The notes: a model not told the origin generated them from the letters alone. A DNA stretch of 64,000 bases from Styela clava (GCF_964204865.1 NC_135253.1:11284001-11348000); one strand, 5' to 3'. Shown: positions 38,923 through 51,866, numbered from the stretch's first letter. Made by a program: numbers and translations.

Positions 38923-41900
38923 TCATTTTTCTAATGTTTTTACAATTTGCACCATATCTTCAAATCCCGGTTGCATGGTCTCTGTTCCCGGACAACAGAT
39001 CTTATATATTGAAATAACTTTCTTAGCATTCGTAACAGCATGATTTAAATTTCCCATATTAAAATACAAGGATGCCAGCTTTTGTAATTCATGTGCCATT
39101 TCAATGCTTCGTGTGCCATGAAGCATTCCAATAATGGCCATGCTCTTACTTAAATGTGGCAATGCAGATGTATAGTTTCCTTCCATTCTGAAATATATAA
39201 AAAAGAGAGTTCCAAATTTGACACATACCATGATTAAAAATATATACTTAAGGTAAATTCATCATTCTATACTAAAGACAATGCATTAGAACAAGGGTTC
39301 TCTCTAAGCTGGGGGTAAATCTACCCTTGTGAATAAGTTTGACCTGGCTTGAGGATAAAATTAGCATTGCTGCATGCTTATATTTAAACATGTGTGTTCA
39401 AACACAATTATTACATGTTTAGCTACATCAGATACATTAACTTGTGCGGCAATCCGCAGAAGCAAGAAGATACAAAATCACTGAAGCGTGAAACAATAAC
39501 ACTAAAACAGGACCCAGTTGATGGAAAACACATTTCAGGCAAAACATAACTGCAAACAACCATGCACAAATAACTGTGCGACAGGACCTAAATTACTGGA
39601 ACTTTTGTGTACAATCAATCATGCACACACATAGGTTCAAGCTTCAAATCGAGTTTCTTTATTTTGTAGAAGTAATCAAGAAATACATGGGTTCTGTTTT
39701 TGGGTCTCCCTGTACATCCGCAATTCTACATTGAAAGTCGTTCCTCCAAGTCATTACAGAGAAGAGATAAAAATGAAATTACTTTTAAAATTAGCGAAGG
39801 GGTAAATAAGAAAATGAAGATTGAGAAATCCTGCATTAAAATAATTGGTTTAGGAACTTATAAGCATACTATCACTTACACAAAACATTGAGCAATTTTA
39901 TCATGAAGTTTTCCAATATCAATATGATTGTGATAAAGTAACTTATTCGCTTGTTTCAAACATTCCAATAATTTAGGTTTCGCATTTCTGCAATTTCCAT
40001 TATTCAATGCACTGCATGTCTCCTCTATCTTTGACTATGAGAAAAAATATATCAAATAATGCAATCGATATAAACAGTAATTTTAATAGGAGGGACTCGT
40101 ATGGTACTGAGTCATTCAATTATGGGACAAATAATTTTGCAACATGGTACTTGAACCTATTATTACTTATTGATTTTAATCGGTAAGTATGTTGATTTGT
40201 CTTTCTGTCTGTGTGTATGTCTGTTAGATGCACGCGATATCTCACGAAAGCGAGATTGAATCTGCCCCAGATTTCGCATGTGCATTCTTCATATTTCGGA
40301 CCAAAAACCTATTGATTTTGAGCGAATTATGTCGTATAATTAGCGAGTTATTAATTAATTAGTGATTGGACACAAGGTGTCACTATGGAGTAAGAGCGCT
40401 GTTTTGGGGATCCCCTAACTTTCGATCGATAAGTCTTCGGTCTCTGACCGATATTCTCGTTATTGCATTTTATTAAGAAAATTTAAATGTTACATCATAC
40501 TAAATGTTCTGTAATAAGGCTTCCTCCGCCCTAGTTTATCCCTATTGTGATTATTGATACCTATCCCCTGAATGTATACTGTATCAGTGGGAATCGTAGG
40601 TCTATCTTTGAAAGAATACTGTTTCCATTTGTATAAGTATTGAACCTACTCAGCTGAATTAAGAAGAATATCACATAATTGGTGTGGAAGCTGATTTACT
40701 CCTAAGTTAGACTAGTGATCTTGACTGAACAGCAAATATCTGTAAAAAATGCAACATCACCTGGCATTTCTTATATGACAATATAGACTGTCTTAGATCT
40801 TGCACTTTATTGCAATTGCTGTTTATGCATGTACCACTACCGTCTTTTCCTGAAAATAGATTGTTTTAGTATGGTAATAATATTAATACTTTTACCCATT
40901 CAAGGTAATTTACCAGAGGTTGCCAAATAAATAATGGTATATGAATTTTAAAATAATGTCCGAAAATTATCATATTATCCTGGATGTATCTAACAAACCT
41001 GGCTTTACAGGATCTCCACAATACTTGCATTTAAAAGCATGAAACTGCACCTTGAAACTTGATTGTTCACTGTCATCTGTAATGCATGATAAAATTATTG
41101 GATGAGGTGTGTTAATCAGAAAATTACCCTTTGCAAATTTTCCAAATATAATATCTGTTATCTCCACTGTATCTGAGCCAAACTGGTTACTTTTTTTATT
41201 TATATAAATTAAATTTATATGAATATCATACACGGGGTGTATCACTAAATTTAAAAAAATGGTGATGTAATTATGATATATATATTATTAGTCAATTTGA
41301 AACTTTTAAATTATTGAAAATACCTTGCTGAACTATATCATTCAACCTAAATCCGATAATAATACAGTACCTTTTAAATCCGATGCACAGCCTTCACAAG
41401 AACAAGTAAAAAAATACTGCTCTTTCAAAAGTCTTTGTCGCTCTTTCACATCATGTCTACTACAATGTGGTCCATAACAATGACAAATTTCTTCACCTTT
41501 TTTGATGATTTTAGAGGCAGATACCTTAATGTTACAGAAGGTACAGACGAATCATATTGTATTTATTGCAGTTTGCCAGGATAAGAGATTGGAGAATAAG
41601 TGAAAAATAACGTCTTTGCATGGCCTTAAAACGTGGTCCGTTAATTTCATCATGGTAATTCCAACACATGGGAATATATTGCCGGCAATCTCATTGTATG
41701 AGAATTTCATGGCATTTTGACTACAGAGCAATTAATCTATACATATGAAAGTGCTGTAAATTCCTTCCTTGAAAAAGCCTCACCATAAACTATGATAAGA
41801 AAATTTGAAAGTAAGAGGCAAGAATATTATAAAAACTATTACTGGGTTCGGGTTAGTAAGTTGATTTCATCTCATTCATTATTTAATTACTGGAATCATA

Positions 41901-44900
41901 ATGATAAAATCATTGACAAATAATCACCATACGATATGAACTGCCCACAATGAATTTACCGCAATGAAATTACAGTGAAACCCTTAAAATATCACTAACC
42001 CACCCTTTATTTACAAGTAGAATTAGAAGTCAGGAGATTTTCCCTCTGTTTTATTAAGCAAAATATATGACTGGTTTTATAGCTCTAAAAACATTTGATG
42101 CATAAGAATAAAGTGATAGATGTGAAAAATGATATACCGTGATTGTTAGGCCATCAAAAGAAATTGTAGTGTTAGGTGAGCAACTATGATTCATCAGACT
42201 TGTCTTGCAAAATAAAGCAGATGCAATTCGCTTTTGCTCTATATTTTGGACTCCTTGCACCCCTTAAAATTATATTCAAAATATTAACAAAAAATAAACA
42301 ATCAAAAAACAACCAATATGTGCACGAATCCCACTATATGACTATCTATCAAAATGGATAAGGTAATCAGCGCAATATTCCTGATGTATAGTTTGCAGGA
42401 GAAATATGTTATCAATTCAGGTATGAAATAAATTCTGTAATTCTCTTTCGCACAATATATTATTATGTACCAAAGAGTTTTGAATTGAGTCAGTACACCT
42501 TTGAAAACCTGACAAAAAGAAAACCCCACGTCCATAATGAGAAGTGAATCAAAAAAGTCCATTTCTGAAAATGTGACATAAGCTACTTTGGATTTACTGC
42601 GGCGATATTTACACTAAGAAATGTTTTACTCTACAATTTATATTACAACAATCAATATATCAATATGAAAATTGTACATAGGTCAACCAATTAACAATTC
42701 TAATACTCAGAAGATAGGTTGCTGTTACTATGTGACTAAGCCTCTTCATTATTTTCCCTTTGAGATAAATTATGACAATCATAGCTGATTATTTATTCAT
42801 GAATATGATCTACCAACCCTTTTCTTCACAAATCTTGAATATTGCCTGCGTATTTGTTCTTAATTGTAATAAATGGTGAACGAGCAATCTTTCCAGTAAA
42901 TCTTGTTCGGTTAATGGTTTTCCAGAAAATATATCCTCAATTGATCGGTTTGGAAAGTAACCTGTGAATAAATAAAAGCAATAAAAATAGACGATATTCA
43001 AATTAACCTTCTGAAAAACGTCCACTAACCTTTTTTTGAGCCAGCAGTATCACATGAGCTCATTATGTGAGATTTCCATAATCGAATATCGAAGTTAGGG
43101 TTCTCATAATATGAAGAGAAATTTAATTTTTTGAATAATGAATACAGAAAGGTATTTCCAATATTGTGTTCAATATTCTTCCCAGGAAAAGTGAAATCGC
43201 CAAGGTGATTGTATAATGAAATGATACTTAGAAGAACTTTCGTTAACATTCTTATATCATTTTTCATTGATAAATATTGTTCCTTTATAGCTTTCTCATT
43301 TTCATGTCTTTGTAACGAATAAATGCTCCAGTAATTTTCATCACATGACTTTAACAAGGTAGCTTGTTTTTGTTTTTTAGACGTTGAACCAGTCTGAAAC
43401 ATGTCTTTACAAACATTATGAATAGATTCGCAATTTTCCTCACGAAACATTGAGTGGGCTGCAACCAAAATTATTCTGAAGGCAAGCTTCAGCTCGACGG
43501 TCATCTGTAATAAGGTAATGGAAAAAGTAATAAAAAACAGGTGGTAATATAGAGTGAGGTCTACCCAATTGCGGTCTCAGATTCCTCATCAGGAATTTAA
43601 ATATTTTACAGTTTTCAGGATATTGCAGAAGATTCTGTTACAGAGGGCTTTTGAATGTTCAAACCTGATCAGGCTTTGAAAGTCGAAATTGATGAGATTT
43701 TTATTGTTTTGTCAACCATAATAAAGTCTTTATAACAATGAAAATAGACAATATCATTCGGTATAGACTGAAGAGGGAAATACAACCATATGGTCATCAA
43801 ATATTGGAATGACATAGTAAGCTAGACTAGTAGAAGACTGTTTTATTTTATACATTGCATGAATAAAAATCTAATTCAAAATATTTTCAACTTGAGCCAC
43901 TGATTTTGCTCAATGAAATCTTGCCCCCAAAATTATATAAACATCCAAAATAAAGTCAACCAACCTTTCCTAAGAGACTGCTCATGAAACATTCCATCCA
44001 ATGATGTGATTTCCATGATGAAAGCTTACAAGCAATTGAACAATAAAGTTCATCATCGCATCCGAAACATTGTACAGGTGTAGTGAAAATCTCCTATGAA
44101 AAGAACAGTATCAATTAGAAGGCTGAAATAAATATTATTGCCAATAAAATAATATTTTTAGGAAGAATTAGTAGATCAAGTTGGAGAGATTTTATTTCAC
44201 AAACAACAATAACACTAACAAGTAAATGTATACATTATCGGATATGAAAGCCATTGTTTGGATAATGTTGTGGAATGACCTTTCACTGTTATAGAGCGTT
44301 TAAGTCACAGACTTACAGTAATTGTTGAAAATAAGATTGAGAAATAAAAAGATAAAAACGGTGTCAACAATAACATAAAGTCTTCAATTGCAAAGGGAAT
44401 TTATTGACACCATATATAGTTTGTTGGCTTCTTCATGTATGAATTGAAAAAAAAAATACTTAACCAAACACTGATTAATATATAAAAAACCCGGATAAGA
44501 TATATTGAAAACTAACTTCATATTAAAATAAAAACTGTAACAGGACTTCATAACACCCTGTATGTATATCCAAACTATAGTCATCAATTGAATTAACAAA
44601 TCAAAAGAACAATACCTTGAAACAATGACAGCAAATAAATCGATCACTTGTCTTTTTCGATATTATGATGGCAGAAAAGGAATGTTCGTGAATAATCACT
44701 GTTCCAGCTTGTATTTCTTCACTTGCTGTCAAATATCTACCTGCAAATATAATTTGCATCAAGGAATATTAACTTTACATTTGACAATTACATTACAGCA
44801 TTAGATTTTGATAAAAAATTTCCAACTGTTTTCATAGCACTATGGTCAATGACATCATAACCATAAAATGAACATTTGATTTCACATAAAACGCTATATG

Positions 44901-45185
44901 TGTCAAACACTATCGAAAAAAAAAGTTTAAACTATACTTTAAAATATATGGTAATAAACAACGCTTTTACGATGGCAGTATTGGGTGGTATTTCAGTGTT
45001 TAAATAAACGTCAGGAAGTTGTGCATTGCTATATTTCGTAAATGTGGTCCTATTACAGACAATATTACAGACTGTGGACCTAAAGCGTTTCATTGTGTAC
45101 ATTGATGGTGCTTACCAAAAAAACGCTAATTTCTATTAAAAACCTTACCTCGGTAGCTATCATACTCAACCTCGAACATGTTCAT
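38923..45185 (-). CDS. SMYD4: SET and MYND domain lysine methyltransferase, SMYD4-like, ~11 exons
   Basis: GRYLTASEEIQAG (44740), MYND CCHCFK...CFGCDDELYCSIAC....W..HHWMEC, SET SLMNHSCSPNT and GEEICHCYGP, post-SET LLKEQYFFTCSCEGC, extra FKCKYC motif and C-terminal TPR-like GTRSIEMAHELQKLA. The 5' end is uncertain (ATG at 45185). Confidence 0.8.
40160..40461 (+). mobile_element. DINE-1/Helentron-like non-autonomous repeat
   Basis: Family subterminal inverted repeats ACTTATCGAT / ATCGATAAGT (5' one reads ACTTATTGAT here), (TGTC)n microsatellite, 3' stem-loop TCGGTC-TCT-GACCGA and T-rich flanks; three copies in the window. Confidence 0.65.
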
Positions 45186-45429
45186 AATCCTCTAAATATA
45201 AAAATCCGATTTTCACATTCAAATCACAAGGGGAAAACCCTTCTGCAATTATTACTACATTATTGTTGCCAGATTTATATTTGAAAAAATTCTTTTATTG
45301 TGAGTTTTAAAATTATTTCATTTCGTGTTTATTTTCAACATTTGATTAAATTAAAATATTTTTTTATGTCACTCGATTATTTGGAATTTGATTGAATTTG
45401 TATTTTATTGCAAAAACCATGCAGACATA

Positions 45430-45804
45430 CCGTGTTTTCCCGAAAATAAGACCTACCCCGAAAATAAGACGTAGCCAGAATTTTAAGAATGATCGTAATT
45501 TAAGCTATCCTTTAAAAATAAGACCTAATCAATAGCGCAATTTTTTTTCGACCTGCCCGATAGCAAAAATCTCTCCTATACATTTCAAATAATTAATCTA
45601 AACGTGTGAGGGAGGACGTGTCATTTAATTAAGTAAGTGGATATCGGTTTTCATATTTTGTATATTTGAAAATTTCGTAATTCTCTACTTTGTAATTTTG
45701 TTTTTCATAAATAAAAATATACGACATCCCCCAAAAATAAGCCCTAGTGTTATTTTTCGAAAGAAAATTGAAATAAGATGAAATTATTTACGGGAAAAAC
45801 ACGG
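45430..45804. mobile_element. Tc1/mariner-pogo (Tigger-like) MITE
   Basis: TIR CCGTGTTTTCCCGAAAATAA / TTATTTACGGGAAAAACACGG, preceded by TA; repeated AAAATAAGAC subterminal motifs. Confidence 0.75.
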
Positions 45805-46815
45805 GCAGTTAAATGAATACGGTAGCCTATAATATGACGTAGAAATTTATTCCACAATGACAGCGATCCCACAGTGTGCGGTATCTGGCTATTTAGTTTT
45901 CCAGTGAAGAATTAGCCACAATGTCTTTATTTATATGTAATTTATTTATTATTTAGGCTACTTATTGAACAATTCACATTGTGGATCCATTTAAAAAAAA
46001 GGAACTGGCCTATATAATTTTTGGTTTCGCTGGCCTAGTCACTTTGGTTTGGGAGAACGGAGGGGACAGGTTAGTGTAGTCAGGTTGCAGAGACTGAGAT
46101 TGATTATGAATATTTTAAATAAATAAACGATGCAAGATTTTGTTCGAGTAATGGAGTTCTCTTTGTTTTTCCTGTTTTCCTCCAAGCTATTTCAGTATTT
46201 TACACTGTTTTCAATTTAGAGCTTTCCCCCACGTTTTTCAGTATTCTCCAAATGCTAAGAGAAGTATTTGAAATCCATTTGCCAATACACAGATACACTT
46301 CACTGCCACCTAGGATCTGACCTTAAAAATCAGAAAATGATGAAATGCGTTAACTTCCAGACATCATTCAATTCGCTGTCACGATCTATTTCGAGTAATT
46401 AGAGCAACGAGGACTGAGTGCCATGTTAAATCATTTTGATCAGAATTTTTTTTATCATTTGAGAAACCTGTCATATGTCTTTTATATACTTGAATCTCTA
46501 CTATCACTGTATCAAGTTAAGTCTCTCTGAGTGTTTGTAGAGACTTATATTTTGACTCAAGTCCTTTTCTAAAACTACAGGCAGCCTTGAATTTAATAAA
46601 AAATGTAAAGTGTGGTCAAGCTGTCAAGTCAATGGCTCAAGTTTACCAAAACACCTATTCTAGTATATTTTGTACTTATTGTCTAGTGCTGTAGTGGCTG
46701 TGTTATAATTTCATCAATACTGCAATAAATCACATTGTGCAATTACAAAGCTTTCTTTAATTCTAATATTCATTATTAAATGTAAGTTTGTATAATATTG
46801 AATGAGAAGAATTCA

Positions 46816-47274
46816 ATGAAGACTAAATTGCTTGCTGTGTTTGCGGGGTGCCTGGGTGCGGCAGCATCTGTCACAGGAAAACTGGGAATGAATGGAGACC
46901 ATATAAACAAATTATGTCTGGCTATTACCTTGATGTTCCAGAGTATTGCGCATGATGACCCTCCACCATTAACAGATGAAGAAGTATATATGACATTTAT
47001 AGCGTCAGTTGTTACAAGAGGAATATTTTTGATATTAACATTTATATTGAATGCCACTATGTGGTCTTTATTTGTGGAATCAATGCAAGGACTCAATTCT
47101 GGTGAAGCTGTGGTATTAAATACTGGTGCAAATATTTTATTTTCTGCATTATTAGGAAGGCTTGTATTTAATGAAATGTTTGGAATGTTGTGGGGAGTTG
47201 GGGCATCACTTATATTATGTGGGATGTCCTTTTTGCATTCAACAACTCCACAAGAAGGTCTCAAAAATGGTTGA
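46816..47274 (+). CDS. TMEM42: Transmembrane protein 42 (EamA/DMT-like), copy 1, single exon
   Basis: AGCLGAAASVTGKLG, NATMWSLF, AVVLNTGANILFSALLGRLVFNE...LWGVGASLILCG; four hydrophobic helices; first ATG at 46816. Confidence 0.85.
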   Translation: MKTKLLAVFAGCLGAAASVTGKLGMNGDHINKLCLAITLMFQSIAHDDPPPLTDEEVYMTFIASVVTRGIFLILTFILNATMWSLFVESMQGLNSGEAVVLNTGANILFSALLGRLVFNEMFGMLWGVGASLILCGMSFLHSTTPQEGLKNG

Positions 47275-47950
47275 CGATACATCGGTATCTGTCACATGCT
47301 ATTTATATTTAAGTATTGCTAAATAATAAGTGGGTGAACTCACTTGAACATTACTTTGTTTTATAATATATTTTTGGCCTGAGGGATTATTCTGTCATAA
47401 AATATTCTGCTCATTCTGTTTGATGGTCCAAACTCAAATTCATGATAATGCAACAAATCTTTTGAGTCTGAATTTGGCATTTTTTTCACTGGAATCTCAT
47501 TTTCGAACTATCCAAGTTGGAGTCAGAATTTCAATGATGATGAGAGAACTCAATTTTTTTACGAAAACTCGAAAAGCATAAAGTTTACTACTGTAAGTGT
47601 TTTTAATAACATTCTAATAAAGATTGCTTGCATATGTTGAAGTTTTTGTTCTAAAAATGTGATTTCCTTGAAATTCAAAGCTATAGTTGAAGTCAAATTT
47701 TCTTATACCTTGGGCTTAGAGTCGGCTTCACAGCCTTGGTTTCCAACAATGCTCATATAAATATGCCATAAAAAGTGAAATATAAGTGTTTCAAAAATTA
47801 CCGTAGTTGTAGTATCCTGTTTGTTTTTTTAAACAAGATCTATGCGACTTTCTTATATTGTGGTTGTAACTTGGCCAAACTAAAATGAATATTGTGATCA
47901 ATATCTTTTAAAATTAGGTTCTGAGTACGCCTGTAATGTGAAGTATAGTT

Positions 47951-48098
47951 ATTACCTATCGATTTTAATCGGTATGTTGATAGGTATTTGTCTGTCTGTT
48001 TGTTAGATGCACGCGATATCTCACGAAAACGAGATTGAATCTGCTCCAGATTTTGCATGTGCATTCATCATATGTCGTACCAGAAGCCTGTTGATTTT
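47951..48098 (+). mobile_element. Truncated copy of the DINE-1/Helentron-like repeat
   Basis: Matches the 5' half of 40160-40461; absent from duplication unit 2. Confidence 0.65.
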
Positions 48099-48214
48099 CA
48101 TAATATTCTATTACCAGTATTCGAATGTATTCTGTCCTTTAGTATTTCTCACATGTGTAGCGAAAATAATAATTTCCTATTTTTCATACTTTTATAGTTG
48201 TATTGTTTAATTAT

Positions 48215-48364
48215 ATGGCCAACATGAATGATATAAATGATACAACTCTGGAGTTTGGAGAGGAAGATAAACCCCAGAAAAAGAAGAGAATTGCTCACCC
48301 GGTTGCTTGCTTTTTCCATCTCTTCTTCAGAGTTTCTGCAATTATCAACACGGGATATTTATAA
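48215..48364 (+). pseudogene. Truncated duplicate of TVP23 (first 44 codons, then NTGYL*)
   Basis: Near-identical to 51246-51378 until 48347, then unrelated sequence and TAA at 48362-48364. Confidence 0.88.
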
Positions 48365-49500
48365 AAAATTAGTTGCTAACTATTTATTATGCTTATTTTA
48401 CCAAGCAATTAATGCTTTTGCTTTGTAAATGGTAATTTTAGTTTTATTTGATAAATATCTTTCCCTTTTTGTCATGTTAATTTTACCTGTCTACATTTTT
48501 TCAGTTGTAAATAATGACACGCCTACAATTCTGCCAAGAATTTTAACCTTCGCCTCGCCGCACACAAAGGTCAAATTCTACTAGCTTCACAGCGGTGGGA
48601 AAACACGGGCAGTTAAATGAATACGGTAGCCTATATGACGTAGAAATTTACGCTACAATGACAGCGATCCCCCAGTGTGCGGTATCTGGCTATTTAGTAG
48701 GCCTATTCCAGTTAAGAATTAGCCTATTGGTACACAATGTCTTTATTTATATTTAATTTTTCTATCATTTACTTTTTGAACAATTCACATTGTGGATCCA
48801 TTTAAAAAAAGGAATTGGCCTATATAATTTTTGGTTTCGCTGGCCTAGTCACTTTGGTTTGGGAGAACGGAGGGGACAGGTTAGTGTAGTCAGGTTGCAG
48901 AGACTGAGATTGATTATGAATATTTCAAATAAATAAACGATGCAAGATTTTGTTCGAGTAATGGAGTTCTCTCTGTTTTTCCCGTTTTCCAAGCTATTTC
49001 AGTATTTCACACTGTTTTCAATTTAGAGCTTTCCCCCACGTTTTTCAGTATTCTCCAAATGCTAAGAGAAGTATTTGAAATCCATTTGCCAATACACAGA
49101 TACACTTCACTGCCACCTAGGATCTGACCTTAAAAATCAGAAAATGATGAAATGCGTTAACATCATTCAATTCGCTGTCACAATGATCTATTTCGACTTT
49201 TCGAGTAATTGGAGTAACGAGGACTGAGTGTCATGTTAAATCATTTTTATCAGAATTTTTTTTATCATTTGAGAAACCTGTCATATGTCTTTTTAATATA
49301 ATTGAATCTCTACTATCACTGTATCGAGTTAAGTCTCTCTAAGTGTTTGTCAAGACTTATATTTTGACTCAAGTCCTTTTCTAAAACTGCAGACAGCCTT
49401 GAATTTTATAAAAAACGTAAAGTGTGGTCAAGCTGTCAAGTCAATGGCTCAAGTTTACCAAAACACCTATTCTAGTATATTTTGTACTTTTTGTCTAGTG

Positions 49501-49944
49501 CAGTACGGCACACTATACAAATCGGGTGACATTGTCCCGTTTCAACGAAACCCATTTTACAGATGATCAGACACCCCTCCTTCGGGAGATGTCTGGACAT
49601 TGTTGTCCCTCAATATCGGTAATAATACAGTATAATGAAGTTGCGCAAAATACTCGAAAAACGGCAATCTAGTAACGTCATCATTGAATTCCTTGGGAAA
49701 AAATAATCCGATTTACAGAAGGGAAAAAAATTTTACCATAGCATTCGAGAGTTTTTAGCAAAAAACGGCAATTTTGGTCATGTGACGGCCGCGATTAATT
49801 TAGATTATTATTGAGACAAGCATGGCGTGATATGAAGCATTTGTCGTGGTCCCAGACGCCCCTCGTTTGTGAGACACATGGAGTGTTTGTTTTATTGAGC
49901 CAAATGGAGGGAAATTCTTGGAATTTGGATAGTGTGCTGTACTG
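49501..49944. mobile_element. MITE (444 bp) upstream of TMEM42 copy 2
   Basis: TIR CAGTACGGCACACTATACAAAT / ATTTGGATAGTGTGCTGTACTG, flanked by TAGTG on both sides; absent at the paralogous site 46684-46696. Confidence 0.85.
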
Positions 49945-50068
49945 TAGTGGCTGTGTTATAATTTCATCAATACTGCAATAAATCACATTGTGCAATTACA
50001 AAGCTTTCTTTAATCCTAATATTCATTATTAAATGTAAGTTTGTATAATATTGAATGAGAAGAATTCA

Positions 50069-50527
50069 ATGAAGAATAGATTGCTTGCTGTGTTTGCGGG
50101 GTGCCTGGGTGCAGCAGCATCTGTCACAGGAAAACTGGGAATGAATGGAGACCATATAAACAAATTGTGTCTGGCTATTACCTTGATGTTCCAGAGTATT
50201 GCGCATGATGACCCTCCACCATTAACAGATGAAGAAGTATATATGACATTTATAGCGTCAGTTGTTACAAGAGGAATATTTTTGATATTAACATTTATAT
50301 TGAATGCCACTATGTGCTCTTTATTTGTGGAATCAATGCAAGGACTCAATTCCGGTGAAGCTGTGGTATTAAATACTGGTGCAAATATTTTATTTTCTGC
50401 ATTATTAGGAAGGCTTGTATTTAATGAAATGTTTGGAATGTTGTGGGGAGTTGGGGCATCACTTATATTATGTGGGATGTCTTTTTTGCATTCAACAACT
50501 CCACAAGAAGGTCTCAAAAATGGTTGA
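50069..50527 (+). CDS. TMEM42: Transmembrane protein 42, copy 2
   Basis: Three amino-acid differences from copy 1 (T>N, K>R, W>C). Confidence 0.83.
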   Translation: MKNRLLAVFAGCLGAAASVTGKLGMNGDHINKLCLAITLMFQSIAHDDPPPLTDEEVYMTFIASVVTRGIFLILTFILNATMCSLFVESMQGLNSGEAVVLNTGANILFSALLGRLVFNEMFGMLWGVGASLILCGMSFLHSTTPQEGLKNG

Positions 50528-51245
50528 CGATACACCGGTATCTGTCACATACTATTTATATTCAAGTATTGCTAAATAATAAGTGGGTGAACTCGCTTGA
50601 ACATTACTTTGTTTTATAATATATTTTTGGCCTAAGGGATTATTCTGTTCATTCTGTTTGATGGTCCAGACTCAAATTTATGATAATGCAACAAATCTTT
50701 AGAGTCTGAATTTGGCATTTTTTTCACTGGAATCTCATTTTCGAACTATCCAAGTTGGAGTCAGAATTTCAGACTTTCAATGATGATGAAAGAACTCAAT
50801 TTTTTTATGAAAACTTGAAAAGCAATAAGTTTACTACTGTAAGTGTTTTTAATAACATTCTAATAAAAATTGCTTGCATATGTTGAAGTTTTTGTTATAA
50901 AAATGTGATTTCCTTGAAATTCAAAGCTATAGTTGAAGTCAAATTTTCTTATACCTTGGGCTTAGAGTCGACTTCACAGCCTTGGTTTCCAATAATGCTC
51001 ATATAAATATGCCATAAAAAGTAAAATATAAGTGTTTCAAAAATTACCGTAGTTGTAGTATCCTGTTTTTTTTTTTTAAGCAAGATCTATGCGACTTTCT
51101 TATATTGTGGTTGTAAAGTATAATATACGACATATATTCTATTACCAGTATTCGAATGTATTCTGTCCTTTAGTATTTCTCACATGTGTAGCGAAAATAA
51201 TAATTTCTTATTTTTCATACTTTTATAGTTGTATTGTTTAATTAT

Positions 51246-51866
51246 ATGGCCAACATGAACGATATAAATGATACAACTCTGGAGTTTGGAGAGGAAGATA
51301 AACCCCAGAAAAAGAAGAGAATTGCTCACCCGGTTGCTTGCTTTTTCCATCTCTTCTTCAGAGTTTCTGCAATTATCATTTATTTGTTTTGTGGACTCAC
51401 AAATTCCGGATTTGTAGCCAGTTTTATATCAATACTATTAATGCTCTGTGCTGATTTTTGGACTGTTAAAAACATAAGCGGCAGGTTACTTGTTGGATTA
51501 AGGTGGTGGAACAAAATAGAAGAGGATGGTAAAAGTCAATGGATTTATGAATCAAGAAGAGGGGCTGCTCTCAAGAAACATCCAGTTCTGGCTGCGGAAT
51601 CAAGAATATTCTGGTTTGGACTGATATTATGTCCGATATTTTGGTTTTTCATGCTTTTCAGTACTGTTTTTGGAATGAAACCTCAATGGCTTGCTGTGGT
51701 CATTATTGCTTTGGGATTGAATGGTGCAAATTTGTTTGGGTATATCCGATGTAAAGTTGGAAGTCGTAAGCAGCTTGGAAGTATGGCTACAACTTATATT
51801 GGGAAACAAATATTTCAGCAGGCTACACAAAGCTCTGAAGATACAAACCAGAGTTCAACAAACTGA
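51246..51866 (+). CDS. TVP23B: Golgi apparatus membrane protein TVP23 homolog, single coding exon
   Basis: HPVACFFHLFFRVSAI, DFWTVKNISGRLLVGLRWWN, ESRIFW, LNGANLFGYIRC. The A/B/C paralog label is not meaningful outside vertebrates. Confidence 0.93.
   Translation: MANMNDINDTTLEFGEEDKPQKKKRIAHPVACFFHLFFRVSAIIIYLFCGLTNSGFVASFISILLMLCADFWTVKNISGRLLVGLRWWNKIEEDGKSQWIYESRRGAALKKHPVLAAESRIFWFGLILCPIFWFFMLFSTVFGMKPQWLAVVIIALGLNGANLFGYIRCKVGSRKQLGSMATTYIGKQIFQQATQSSEDTNQSSTN

Larger units (their letters stand above)
45795..48347 (+). repeat. Tandem duplication unit 1 (TMEM42 plus 5' end of TVP23)
   Basis: Near-identical and colinear with 48597-51378. Confidence 0.93.
48597..51378 (+). repeat. Tandem duplication unit 2
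   Basis: Near-identical to 45795-48347; continues into the intact TVP23 ORF. Confidence 0.93.

Noticed and set aside
46776-47282. 168-aa antisense ORFs over both TMEM42 copies
   Set aside because: Shadow ORFs with no recognisable motif; their conservation is explained by the recent duplication.
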